DNA of 64,000 nucleotides from Candidatus Woesearchaeota archaeon (GTDB taxonomy: Archaea > Nanobdellota > Nanobdellia > Woesearchaeales > GW2011-AR9): assembly GCA_018696595.1 (NCBI GenBank), contig JABHQW010000008.1, positions 363,758 to 427,757 of the forward strand, written 5' to 3'. Position 1 is the stretch's first letter, and each line of letters begins with the position of its first letter. Below, in pieces: positions 47,245-56,946 of this stretch. The position numbers and the translations under genes are program-made. The notes under the pieces were generated by a model that saw only the letters and a program-made list of their open reading frames with translations, was not told the origin of the DNA and searched no databases.

Positions 47245-48252
47245 CTAAAAATCTACTGGGAACAAGAAATTTCTTAACACTAAGTAAGCAATAAAAATTG
47301 CAATTAAAGTAATGGATTCCCATTTATTCAATTTCTCATTTCGCCACAAGAACCAGAAGATCAAACAAGCAATTCCTATTTTAAATGGTAAGTCATATAA
47401 CATCGTTACTCGTGGAATAGCGTAACCAGAAATCATTGCTCCTAAACCAAGTCCCATCAAGGGATTTGTTACATTACTTCCAATAAGAACACCTGCAGAA
47501 ATTCCTTTCTTGTTTTTAAAAACAGCAACTAATGCAGTAGTTAATTCTGGAAGGGCGGAAGCAATTCCTAATAATAATACTCCAAAAAATGAAGCGCTAA
47601 TTGGTAATTCTGCAACTAATTTTGTTGATGTTTTAATTACAGTATTAGCTGCAAAAGCCATGATTGTAAATGCAACAGCAATTGTAGCAACCTCAAACAT
47701 TATTCTCCAATTTGGTAGTTTTCTCTTTCTAGCTTTAGCATGAACTACGTGTTTGATATTAAGATCTTCATGTTTCTTTTTCTTTTGTCTTTTCTTAAGG
47801 TAAAATAAATAACCAACATAAGCAGCGAACATTAAAAATCCTTCAAATCTATTGATTGTTCCACCAATAGTCATGATCCACATAAAAGTTGCTCCAGCAA
47901 TTAATGCACCCACTTCTGAAAGAATATTTTTTCTGATAACAACAATTGTTCCAATTAACCCGATTACTGCAAGAATAAAACTTTGTTGAAATATATCTGA
48001 TCCTACATTAGTTCCAATAATTAATCCAGAGATCGTGTTCATTAAAGATGGTTGTTTTATAATGTCAATACTTCCAACAATTGCGGACATAATTTCAGGT
48101 ATGGAAGTTCCAATGGAAAGAATAGTTAATCCAATAAATGTTCCAGACCATTTAAAGTGGTGAGCTAATCTAATTGAATTTCTTACAGCAATCTCTGCTA
48201 AGACTAAGATTGCGATAACTCCAATGATTAACGTAATAATTTCTGATAACAT
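47245..48252 (-). CDS. Na+/Ca2+ antiporter (CaCA, YrbG-like)
   Basis: Alpha repeats SIGTSIPE and ASALPEL; GSNVTN. Confidence 0.9.
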   Translation of the reverse strand: MLSEIITLIIGVIAILVLAEIAVRNSIRLAHHFKWSGTFIGLTILSIGTSIPEIMSAIVGSIDIIKQPSLMNTISGLIIGTNVGSDIFQQSFILAVIGLIGTIVVIRKNILSEVGALIAGATFMWIMTIGGTINRFEGFLMFAAYVGYLFYLKKRQKKKKHEDLNIKHVVHAKARKRKLPNWRIMFEVATIAVAFTIMAFAANTVIKTSTKLVAELPISASFFGVLLLGIASALPELTTALVAVFKNKKGISAGVLIGSNVTNPLMGLGLGAMISGYAIPRVTMLYDLPFKIGIACLIFWFLWRNEKLNKWESITLIAIFIAYLVLRNFLFPVDF

Positions 48253-48326
48253 CTCTTTTTTTGATATAATAATATAAAAGTTTAAAAATGTTAGTTTTTT
48301 GTTTAGTATTAAAAAGGTGATTTAAA

Positions 48327-48848
48327 ATGAAAAAAGCATTACTTATTATCGCACAACAAGGTTATCAACCTTATGAATATGGTACTCCTAAGAAAATATT
48401 AGAAGATGCAGGTATTGAAGTGGTTACAGCTTCTAATAAAATGGGGACATGTACTGCTGCGGATGGAACAACAACCGAAGCAACTATTGCAATTTCAGAA
48501 GTAAATGTTTCTGATTACGATGCAATTGTTTTTATTGGCGGCCCTGGTGCTGTAAACTATCAACATGACGTGCAGGCACATTTAACTGCTCAAGAAGCAA
48601 TAAATAGAAATAAAGTTTTAGCTGCAATTTGTATTGCACCAACTATTCTTGCTTATGCTGATGTCTTAGAAGGAAAGAAAGCAACAGTCTGGAATGAGGA
48701 TAATAACCAAGCAGAAATATTAACTAAGAATAGAGCAGAGTTTGTTGATCAAGCTGTTGTAGTTGATGGTAAGATTATTACTGCAAATGGTCCCCCTGCA
48801 GCAGAAGAGTTTGGTAAGAAGATTGTTGAGATATTAAAGGGAAACTAA
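48327..48848 (+). CDS. DJ-1/PfpI family protein
   Basis: FIGGPG, AAICIAP, TANGP. Confidence 0.92.
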   Translation: MKKALLIIAQQGYQPYEYGTPKKILEDAGIEVVTASNKMGTCTAADGTTTEATIAISEVNVSDYDAIVFIGGPGAVNYQHDVQAHLTAQEAINRNKVLAAICIAPTILAYADVLEGKKATVWNEDNNQAEILTKNRAEFVDQAVVVDGKIITANGPPAAEEFGKKIVEILKGN

Positions 48849-48878
48849 TATAAATAATAAAATATTCTTTTATTTAAG

Positions 48879-49325
48879 ATGGTGAAGAAAAGAGGTAAGA
48901 GAAACGTATTTGATAATCTTAAAAGTTTTTTCACACACCACTATTTTCTAATGTTTGTGTTCTTAATAGTTTTTGTAGGTTTATTCTTTATTGCCAAAAC
49001 AGTTGGAGAATCTGATCAAGCAATTGCTGGTGAAGCGTTTCGTGGAAAGTCTTTAGATTTATCTCGTTTATCTGCTGATAAAGTTGCTTTATACCATTAC
49101 GCTACTTATGCAAAAGAAGCTGGCCATAAGAGGGTTAGGGCAAATGATTTCTGGCAAATTGTTGTTTCAAGTAACATAGTTCAAAAAGATTTATTTAATT
49201 CTCCTAATTTTAGTTCAGACAAATATATCTCAGCAATGGATAATGCTTTCAGAGGAAATTATCGGGAGTTCAAGGGTTTGTATAGTGCCATCTATTCTGG
49301 TGTTGGTCAAAAGAAAATTGTGTAG
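48879..49325 (+). CDS. membrane-anchored hypothetical protein
   Basis: Basic N-terminus, TM, AIAGEA motif; ends in a TAG in frame with the next ORF. Confidence 0.7.
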   Translation: MVKKRGKRNVFDNLKSFFTHHYFLMFVFLIVFVGLFFIAKTVGESDQAIAGEAFRGKSLDLSRLSADKVALYHYATYAKEAGHKRVRANDFWQIVVSSNIVQKDLFNSPNFSSDKYISAMDNAFRGNYREFKGLYSAIYSGVGQKKIV

Positions 49326-50369
49326 ATAATATTAACAGAAAGTAATCTGAAGAAACAACTTCAAGGATTAGATGTTGTTTATGATGGAAGAGCGATTGGA
49401 GATAAAATTCATGGTTATAGTTATACTTTTGAAGATGAACTTAAACCTTGGAATCCTATTTTGTTTGAGAATATGCTTAAAGTTTATGAACAAGAAGATA
49501 AAGAATTAGTGATTCCTGAAGGTAGTGTTTCTGCAGGAGCAATAAGTGGAACAATTTCTAACGGGGCTGTTGGTGGCATTATTGCTGGAGCTGCATTAAC
49601 AATGATGGCTTGTGCTGAATCTGAAGGACAAAATTTTGGAAAAGCTGGTGAAGGAAACAATCCTCTTGGAACAACTCCTTCTGGTGAAGGTGGTGGTACT
49701 AAAACTGATAAGTATGGAATGCCAGAAGCCGCACCAAGTGAGTTATCAAGTACAAATCTTTTTGACATATGTCCTCCTAATCCTTTAGACTTACCTGACT
49801 CTGCTGCATTTGAACCTAATGGCCCTGATGTTTCTGAAAATGACGTTTTTCAGACTGAGAAACCTCCTGTTGCTGATCAAGAAAGTAGATTAGAACAATG
49901 GGCTAATGAGATGATAGGTTCTGAAGTTGTACAAGAAGGAGTACAAGCAGGAAAAGATTGGGGTGTCGCATACAAAGAATTACCTAAAGCTAAAAATGCA
50001 CCAACCCCTTATGGTCTTTTATTTAATAAAAATTTCTTTAATCCAGAAGGAGATTTAGGAAACGCAAACAATTGTGGTCCAGGATTCTTTTCATTTTTAG
50101 CAAACTTAAATTGTGATGATGATACAGATGAAGATTGTGATGAATCAGATAATGTTAATGTTTTTGCAAATCCTAGTCAATCTTTTATTGGTCCTTGTGG
50201 TGGTTCTACTCCTGCAGATGCTGTTGATGTAAACAAGATGCAGAAATATTGGTACGATCCAGTTCCAATTGAATATGTTGGTGTCATTGATACCATTAAC
50301 CATGAAGATTTTCTGACTTTTGAACCAGTTATAAATGATGATTCTGGTTTAATCGATAACCAACCTTAA
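49326..50369 (+). CDS. acidic Pro/Gly-rich putative lipoprotein (start uncertain: frame open from 49326; first TTG/ATG at 49461/49473)
   Basis: Hydrophobic GIIAGAALTMMAC segment followed by an acidic low-complexity region. Confidence 0.6.
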   Translation: MILTESNLKKQLQGLDVVYDGRAIGDKIHGYSYTFEDELKPWNPILFENMLKVYEQEDKELVIPEGSVSAGAISGTISNGAVGGIIAGAALTMMACAESEGQNFGKAGEGNNPLGTTPSGEGGGTKTDKYGMPEAAPSELSSTNLFDICPPNPLDLPDSAAFEPNGPDVSENDVFQTEKPPVADQESRLEQWANEMIGSEVVQEGVQAGKDWGVAYKELPKAKNAPTPYGLLFNKNFFNPEGDLGNANNCGPGFFSFLANLNCDDDTDEDCDESDNVNVFANPSQSFIGPCGGSTPADAVDVNKMQKYWYDPVPIEYVGVIDTINHEDFLTFEPVINDDSGLIDNQP

Positions 50370-50434
50370 TTTAACCACAACTAATATAAATAATAAAATA
50401 TTCTTTAGTATATAAAAAAGAGGATGATAGGTAA

Positions 50435-51403
50435 ATGATTAGACGTTACGACGTACTTTGTGTAGGTTCAGCTGTTTTGGATAAATTCTTGACCACTGAT
50501 TGTTCTCTAAAAAGTGTTAAACTGGGAGATAAAGTTCTTGTTAGCCATCAAGAAGTACATTCTGGTGGCGGTGCAACTAATTCTGCAGCTGCTTTATCAA
50601 AACTGGGATTAAAAGTTAAATTATTAACTAAACTTGGAAATGATCATGATGCCGAATTTATTCTGAAAGAATTAAAACAATACAAATTAAAAAACATTTG
50701 TTTAAAGCATAGTAAAAAAAGTACAGACTTTTCTACTATTATTTCTTGTCCACATAAAGATAGGGATCGGATTATTTATGTGCATAAGGGGGCTTCTCGT
50801 GACATTTCTACAAATGATTTCAACAAATCACAATTAAAAGCAAAATGGATTTATCTTGCTAGTTTAATGGGGAAATCTTTCCAGACTGGTAAGGAAATTG
50901 CTCAATATGCAAAGAAAAAGAAAATTAACTTATTATTTAATCCTTCTTTATACTTAGCAAAAAAAGGTAAGAGATATTTGAAATCTGTGTTAGATGCAAC
51001 AAATATTTTAGTGTTAAACAAAGAAGAAGCTCAAGTATTATTGAGTACTCAATCTGGTTCACACAAGAAGTTATTAATGGGATTACATCAACTAGGACCA
51101 GAAACGGTTATCATCTCCAATGGAAGAAAGATGTTATATACCTTACACGAAAACAATATTTATTCAACCCTTCCAACAGACATTAAAGTCACTCACACTG
51201 CTGGTGCAGGAGATGCTTTCACTGCTGGATTACTTGCAGGAATTATTAAGAAATATGACTTTGAAGATGCTTTGAAGTTAGGAATTGCAAATTCTTTATC
51301 TGTGATTCAATCTATTGGAACAAAGAATGGGTTATTAACAGAACCTGAAGCTAAGAAGTTGATTAAAAAGTATAAGATTAAGGTGGTTAAGCATGCACTC
51401 TAG
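50435..51403 (+). CDS. PfkB-family carbohydrate kinase
   Basis: GGGATNSA; HTAGAGDAF anion-hole motif. Confidence 0.92.
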   Translation: MIRRYDVLCVGSAVLDKFLTTDCSLKSVKLGDKVLVSHQEVHSGGGATNSAAALSKLGLKVKLLTKLGNDHDAEFILKELKQYKLKNICLKHSKKSTDFSTIISCPHKDRDRIIYVHKGASRDISTNDFNKSQLKAKWIYLASLMGKSFQTGKEIAQYAKKKKINLLFNPSLYLAKKGKRYLKSVLDATNILVLNKEEAQVLLSTQSGSHKKLLMGLHQLGPETVIISNGRKMLYTLHENNIYSTLPTDIKVTHTAGAGDAFTAGLLAGIIKKYDFEDALKLGIANSLSVIQSIGTKNGLLTEPEAKKLIKKYKIKVVKHAL

Positions 51404-53150
51404 AAAATTAATTGATTGGGTTAAGTCTGAAGGGGCTCGTGGATTAAGTGATAATCAATTAAGAAAAACCCTCCTTAAAAAAGGTTGGCCAGAGAAAGAT
51501 GTTGATAAAGCGATCAATTATGCTCACAAAGGAAAAGTTAATTGGATGCCTTTACTTTTATTGTTTGTAGGTACCTTAATTTTATTTTTTGTTGTAAATT
51601 CAATTGACAGGGGTGAGAGTTGGTTTGCTATATTTTTATTTGGTTCTATAATCACTTTAGTTTATTCTATAATCCCTTATTTCAAGTCTAATAAAAAAGA
51701 ATGGTTTACAGAACTAGCAATTATTAATTATATCTCTGGGCTTTTCGCTTTAGCTTTAACAATATTTTTGTTCAACTTTATAGTTTTCATTATCAACTTA
51801 ACTAATCTTCCAGTAACAATTCCTTTTGTTATCATCTTTGTTGCTTTATGTATTATCTTCCTATTTTATACTTTCTTTTTCACTATTGAGAGGGTTTCAA
51901 AACATTTTGTGGGTTATTTTGATTATGAGTCTTATTTCGTTTTCAAACACTGGCCGTTTAAAATATTTAATGTTAATTGGAAGAAGAAGTGGACCTTATT
52001 GAAGTATCCAATAATTGTTATTATAATTGGCTTGGTGATTAGTGGGTTTTATTTTAATGGTATGGTGGTTAGACAAGAAGAATCAATGAAACAATTAAAT
52101 ATCTTAACAGTAATGGAAACACAATTAACAGAAAATTGCTTAAACTTGCTCCCAGAAACAAATAATCTTTCCTTTGGAACAAAAAGCATTATTAGTATAC
52201 ATGTTTCTTCTGTTGGGGATTATTTTTATCCAGAAGAAGTATTTTTGGACATTGATCAAATTTATTATGATTGCGATTTTGTTAGTTCTTTTTGTAAACA
52301 GAAAGATTGGGATTATTCAAGAAAGTTGGAAGAACAAGTTATTCTACCAGGGGGCAGTATTCAATTATTGAAATTGGATTCTGAAGAGAGCCAAACAATT
52401 TTTGTCCCTAAAAAACATTCTCCAGAACAATTACTTGCTTGTCCCACTTTTGAACAGGAACAATTAAAATTAAAGATTGTCAGAGAAGTTGATGAACAAA
52501 GGAGAACCTCCTTTTTGGGTTTGTTTGAAAAGAGTTATCCCAAAGTGACTTTGTGGAATGTCTTAGATTTAACAACAGAAACCATCTTAGATTCTGTTGG
52601 TTTTGGTCTCAAATTAAATTTAAATAATGATTACCGAAGAATAATTAATGATGAAGGAGGACATATTATCCATAATTCATTTTATGATAATAGTTCAACT
52701 TTACTAGAACATATTGATAGTTTGGACGAGAATATTAAAGTTCTGTATCCAAAATATTTAGCAATTAAACCAGAAATTTTTAATAAAGATTGGGTTCCCG
52801 GTTTAGGCGGAGAAGAATATTCCTATAAAGACTTACTTTCTTGGGATCGTTCGTGGGGGTATCTTTTTGTAAAAGCAACTCCGTTTGAAGAATTGGGTCC
52901 GGATTTAACTAGGCTAAGAGAAAAAATTCAAAAAGAATCAATCAAAATATTTTACCAAACAAAAGATGTTGAAGAGTCTCCCGAAAGTAAAGCAATAAGG
53001 TTTAAAATTATTGAAACATTATTGGCCCAAGCATTAAGAAATGATTGTGAGAACTATCAAGGAGAAAGTTGGCAGGATTTTAAAAACTATAGGAAAACTT
53101 GTCGTGAGGAAATAATTGCAATAACTAAAAGTCCGGAGCTATTAGAATGA
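51393..53150 (+). CDS. multi-pass membrane hypothetical protein
   Basis: Small N-terminal helical domain (LLKKGWPEKDVDKAI), about five TMs, large soluble C-terminus. Confidence 0.7.
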   Translation: MHSRKLIDWVKSEGARGLSDNQLRKTLLKKGWPEKDVDKAINYAHKGKVNWMPLLLLFVGTLILFFVVNSIDRGESWFAIFLFGSIITLVYSIIPYFKSNKKEWFTELAIINYISGLFALALTIFLFNFIVFIINLTNLPVTIPFVIIFVALCIIFLFYTFFFTIERVSKHFVGYFDYESYFVFKHWPFKIFNVNWKKKWTLLKYPIIVIIIGLVISGFYFNGMVVRQEESMKQLNILTVMETQLTENCLNLLPETNNLSFGTKSIISIHVSSVGDYFYPEEVFLDIDQIYYDCDFVSSFCKQKDWDYSRKLEEQVILPGGSIQLLKLDSEESQTIFVPKKHSPEQLLACPTFEQEQLKLKIVREVDEQRRTSFLGLFEKSYPKVTLWNVLDLTTETILDSVGFGLKLNLNNDYRRIINDEGGHIIHNSFYDNSSTLLEHIDSLDENIKVLYPKYLAIKPEIFNKDWVPGLGGEEYSYKDLLSWDRSWGYLFVKATPFEELGPDLTRLREKIQKESIKIFYQTKDVEESPESKAIRFKIIETLLAQALRNDCENYQGESWQDFKNYRKTCREEIIAITKSPELLE

Positions 53151-54502
53151 CTAACAAATTATACGTCCTTCCATTTGATCATCGAAGTGGTTTTAAAAGA
53201 ATCTTAGGAGTAAAAGATCCTTTGTCTAGGAAGGAAACCCAGGCAATTAAAGATTATAAAGTAATGATTTATTCCGGGTTTAAGAAAGCTTTGAAAAAAA
53301 GTTCAATACATGAATCAGCTGGGATATTAGTGGATGAAACTTATGGGAAAGAAATTTTGCTGGACGCTAAAAAAAGAGGCATCATAACTTGTTATACTTT
53401 AGAGAAATCTGGTCAAAAAGAATTTTTCTTTGACAGGAAAGATTACAAAAAGAGATTAAAACTATTTAAGCCAAAATATGCTAAAGTTCTTCTACGTTAC
53501 AATCCTGAAGCAAATAAAACCTTAAACAAAAGGCAAGCAGAGAAACTTGTTGAATTAAGCAAGTATCTAAAGAAACAGAAAATATTATTTTTATTAGAAG
53601 TTCTGGAAATTCCAACAAAAAGTCAGCTTAAAAGATATAAAACTAAAACTGCTTTTGATCATAAGAAAAGATCTAAATTAATTGTTAAAGCAATTTCTGA
53701 ATTACAAAAAGCAGGAGTTGATCCAGATATCTGGAAATTAGAAGGACTTTACAAAAAAGAGTTGATGGAAAAAGTTGCAGATCAAGTAACGACCTTTAAT
53801 CCGCGTTCAAAAATTGTTGTTCTTGGAAGAGGAGAGAACGAAAAGAAAGCTGAACAGTGGATTAAAACTGGGGCAAAAGTTGATGCGGTAATTGGTTTTG
53901 CGGTGGGAAGAACAGTGTTTAAACAACCTCTTTTGGATTACAAGAATAAAAAGATTAGCAAGTCGATTGCAATCAAAAAGATTACAAAAAATTATTTGCA
54001 TTTTGTTGATGTGTTTGAAAAAGAGAAACTTAAAACTAAAAAGAAAATTTACATTGGAAGTGATCATGCTGGTTTTAAATTAAAAGAACAAATTAAAAGA
54101 TGGTTGAAAAATAATCAGATTGCTTATCAAGATTTAGGAAATTTAGCGTTAGACGTTACTGATGATTATCCTGATTATGCTGAGAAGGTAGCTAAGAAAG
54201 TTGTCAAAGAAAAAACTCTTGGGATCTTGCTTTGTGGTTCTGCTGAAGGCGTTTGTATTGCTGCAAATAAAGTTAAAGGTGCAAGAGCAGTTAATCCACA
54301 TGGAATCATTCAAACATTATTTGCTAAAAAACATGAAGATGCTAATATTCTTTGTTTAGCTGGAGGAAAGTCTAGAACCCCTCAGCCAAGCACACCATTA
54401 GTTAAAGCAACTAAGATGATTAAAACTTTCTTGAATACTCCTTTTTCTGAGGAAGAAAGACATATTAGAAGGTTGAATAAGATTAAAAAGATGGAAAAAT
54501 AA
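53147..54502 (+). CDS. DUF2090/IolC-type class I aldolase-like domain fused to ribose-5-phosphate isomerase B
   Basis: LPFDHR, KVLLRYNP, WKLEG, GFAVGR; then IGSDHAGF, LLCGS, AANKVKGARA, ERHIRRLNKI. Confidence 0.88.
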   Translation: MTNKLYVLPFDHRSGFKRILGVKDPLSRKETQAIKDYKVMIYSGFKKALKKSSIHESAGILVDETYGKEILLDAKKRGIITCYTLEKSGQKEFFFDRKDYKKRLKLFKPKYAKVLLRYNPEANKTLNKRQAEKLVELSKYLKKQKILFLLEVLEIPTKSQLKRYKTKTAFDHKKRSKLIVKAISELQKAGVDPDIWKLEGLYKKELMEKVADQVTTFNPRSKIVVLGRGENEKKAEQWIKTGAKVDAVIGFAVGRTVFKQPLLDYKNKKISKSIAIKKITKNYLHFVDVFEKEKLKTKKKIYIGSDHAGFKLKEQIKRWLKNNQIAYQDLGNLALDVTDDYPDYAEKVAKKVVKEKTLGILLCGSAEGVCIAANKVKGARAVNPHGIIQTLFAKKHEDANILCLAGGKSRTPQPSTPLVKATKMIKTFLNTPFSEEERHIRRLNKIKKMEK

Positions 54503-54503
54503 G

Positions 54504-56276
54504 ATGAAGAAAATATTGTTATTATCAATTCTGTTGTTATTGCTTTTAACTTCTTGTCAAAAAGAAGTTTCTGAGAGTGAATTTTTAGAACTATTTTCTA
54601 ATTCAGAAGAAATTCAATGGGGTGTTTGTTTTGAGAAAGAAAATGGTGTTTTTGGGACTTTTGAAGAAAATAAGTTTACTAAATCCTACCAAATTACTAA
54701 TGGTTGTAAAAATCGAGTTTCTAGTTTTGAAGACAGTAAAGAATTCTTAGTTTTTAGTTGTGAGAAAGAAAAACCAGTTTTGAAAAGTAATCTTTGTATC
54801 TCTGGTTGTTTTAAGAATGCTTGTGTTCCTCTTTCTTCTTGTATAGATTCTGATGGTGGAAAAAACTTTTTTAATTCTGGCAAATTAGAAGTTACTGATA
54901 AAGTTGGTAATAAAGATATTCTTGAAGATACTTGTTATCCTGGTAATTTATTGGGTGAATTACATTGTATAACCTCTTATGAAGTTGGTTTTGAAGAATA
55001 TGTCTGTCCTTTTGGTTGTGTACAAGGAAAATGTTTAGAAGAGAAAGACAAACTTGCGATTTATGAAAAAAGTTTTGGAGAAGAATTAACGGTCTTCCCT
55101 GAAAAAGTTTCTTTAAGTGTTATCCCTCAAATTGCTGTAGTTAATCAAGAAATTAGTTTAGTTGCAACTGGTATTGGTAAATCTTTTAATAAGCCACAAA
55201 TTAGATTTGGTGATAAAGCATTCCAATTATTTGATGATGGTTTTCATCAGGACGGATTAGCAGGGGATAATATTTATGCTTTAATAACAAAAGTCTCTGA
55301 ACCCGGAAAGTTTCAATTAAGTTTGTCTTACACTAATAAGAACAATATTAAAGAAAGTTTAGATCTGAATAAAGATTTAATTGTGATAGAACAAAATGAA
55401 GGTGAGTGTGAATACTTTGCGTCTTCACAAGATAATGCAAAAATAAACATAGTAATTACAGCAGTAGGATATGAAAATGAGGTTGAAGTTATTGAAAGAG
55501 TTGTTGATTATAAAGATCAGTTTGGGGGTATTTTTTCTGTAGAACCATTTAAGTCTAATAAAGAATTGTTTAATGTTTGGTATGTTTCTGCAGAAAATGT
55601 TGAAAATTTAATTTTACCTGATTATTTACAAGAACTTGACGTTGCAGATGAATTACAAAAAGGTTATTCACTTTTAAGTTCATGTCAGAAACCACAACAA
55701 TTTAGTCTCATCCTTTACAATAGTCCGACAAAAACAGAAAATGGTAATGATTTAAGTTATGGTCAATATCGGTATGCCTACACTTATTATGATCCTAAAA
55801 CTAAGGAAGACCCCACAGATGCAGTTCATGAATTCGTTCATGCTTTTGCTGGTCTTACTGATGAATACGTAACTGATTCTGTTAATAATAAAATTATTAA
55901 TGAACAATGTTATTATTCTCCTCATGTTAACTGTTACTCTATAAATAACGGGGTGAAGTATTCTTGTCAAGAAACTGTTGAATCTTACAATGATTGTTTA
56001 GTTAATGCCCCATGGAAAGATTATTTTGGGGATGGGTGTGGAAAAGATGGGGCCATTGATTGTAAACCAATCGATGAAGATTTTAATATTGAAGTTAATT
56101 GTTTTTTGGGATGTGGTAGGCAAAAAAATCTTTATCGATCAACATTTTCTAGTGGAATGAGAAAAATAAGTGTTCCTTTTAAGTTAGGACCAACAAATGA
56201 AAGATTAGTGTGTCAATCAATAAAGGACATTAATGGTTTTGTTAAGGGGACATGCTTAAAGTATAATTTAAGTTAA
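54504..56276 (+). CDS. lipoprotein with M64-like (IgA peptidase) metallopeptidase domain
   Basis: Lipobox LTSC; Cys modules; FDDGFHQDGLAGDNIY; HEFVHAFAGLTDEY zincin motif. Confidence 0.8.
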   Translation: MKKILLLSILLLLLLTSCQKEVSESEFLELFSNSEEIQWGVCFEKENGVFGTFEENKFTKSYQITNGCKNRVSSFEDSKEFLVFSCEKEKPVLKSNLCISGCFKNACVPLSSCIDSDGGKNFFNSGKLEVTDKVGNKDILEDTCYPGNLLGELHCITSYEVGFEEYVCPFGCVQGKCLEEKDKLAIYEKSFGEELTVFPEKVSLSVIPQIAVVNQEISLVATGIGKSFNKPQIRFGDKAFQLFDDGFHQDGLAGDNIYALITKVSEPGKFQLSLSYTNKNNIKESLDLNKDLIVIEQNEGECEYFASSQDNAKINIVITAVGYENEVEVIERVVDYKDQFGGIFSVEPFKSNKELFNVWYVSAENVENLILPDYLQELDVADELQKGYSLLSSCQKPQQFSLILYNSPTKTENGNDLSYGQYRYAYTYYDPKTKEDPTDAVHEFVHAFAGLTDEYVTDSVNNKIINEQCYYSPHVNCYSINNGVKYSCQETVESYNDCLVNAPWKDYFGDGCGKDGAIDCKPIDEDFNIEVNCFLGCGRQKNLYRSTFSSGMRKISVPFKLGPTNERLVCQSIKDINGFVKGTCLKYNLS

Positions 56277-56319
56277 ATTTGAGGTAAGTTTATATTCATT
56301 AAAATATTACTAAATAAAG

Positions 56320-56946
56320 ATGAGACAAAAAATAATTCCATCAATTATGGCAAAAGACCAGAAAGAGCTAAATGTTGTTCTAAATAAACTTAAAGGGGTT
56401 GTTAAAGAATTACATTTAGATGTTGTTGATGGTAAGTTTGCTAAGAATAAAGCAATGAATTTTGATTTTAGGTTGAGAAGGGAATTTAATTATAATGTGC
56501 ACTTAATGGTTAATCATCCAGAAACTTGGATTAGTAAGCATGGAAAGAAGGTTGATACAATTATTTTTCATCCTGAAGTTGTTGATGATGTTAAAGCATT
56601 AATTAATGAAGTTAGAAAAATAAAGAAGAAAGTTGGATTGGCTTTAAAATCAGAAACTAAAGTTAAAGAAATTAAAGATTACTTAGTTGATCTAGATTAT
56701 GTTTTGGTTCTTACTGTTCATCCTGGATTTTATGGTTCAAAGTTTTTATCAGCCCCATTAAAGAAAATTAAGCAAATTAAAAAGATTAATCCAAAAGTAA
56801 AAGTAATTGTTGATGGCGGAATTAGCCCTAAAACAATCAAGAAAGCAGCAAAAGCAGGGGCAGACTACTTTGTTTCTGGATCTTATACTACTAAATCCGA
56901 ATTTCCAAGAAAATCCATTCGTAACTTATTGGCTACAATAAAATGA
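56320..56946 (+). CDS. rpe: ribulose-phosphate 3-epimerase
   Basis: IIPSI, HLDVVDG, VHLMV, TVHPGFYG, VDGGI, VSGS. Confidence 0.93.
   Translation: MRQKIIPSIMAKDQKELNVVLNKLKGVVKELHLDVVDGKFAKNKAMNFDFRLRREFNYNVHLMVNHPETWISKHGKKVDTIIFHPEVVDDVKALINEVRKIKKKVGLALKSETKVKEIKDYLVDLDYVLVLTVHPGFYGSKFLSAPLKKIKQIKKINPKVKVIVDGGISPKTIKKAAKAGADYFVSGSYTTKSEFPRKSIRNLLATIK

Noticed and set aside
49323-49325. Genome-wide amber recoding (pyrrolysine or alternative code)
   Set aside because: TAG cleanly ends conserved genes here (malic enzyme, gdhA, aspS, permease), and no pyl genes are present.
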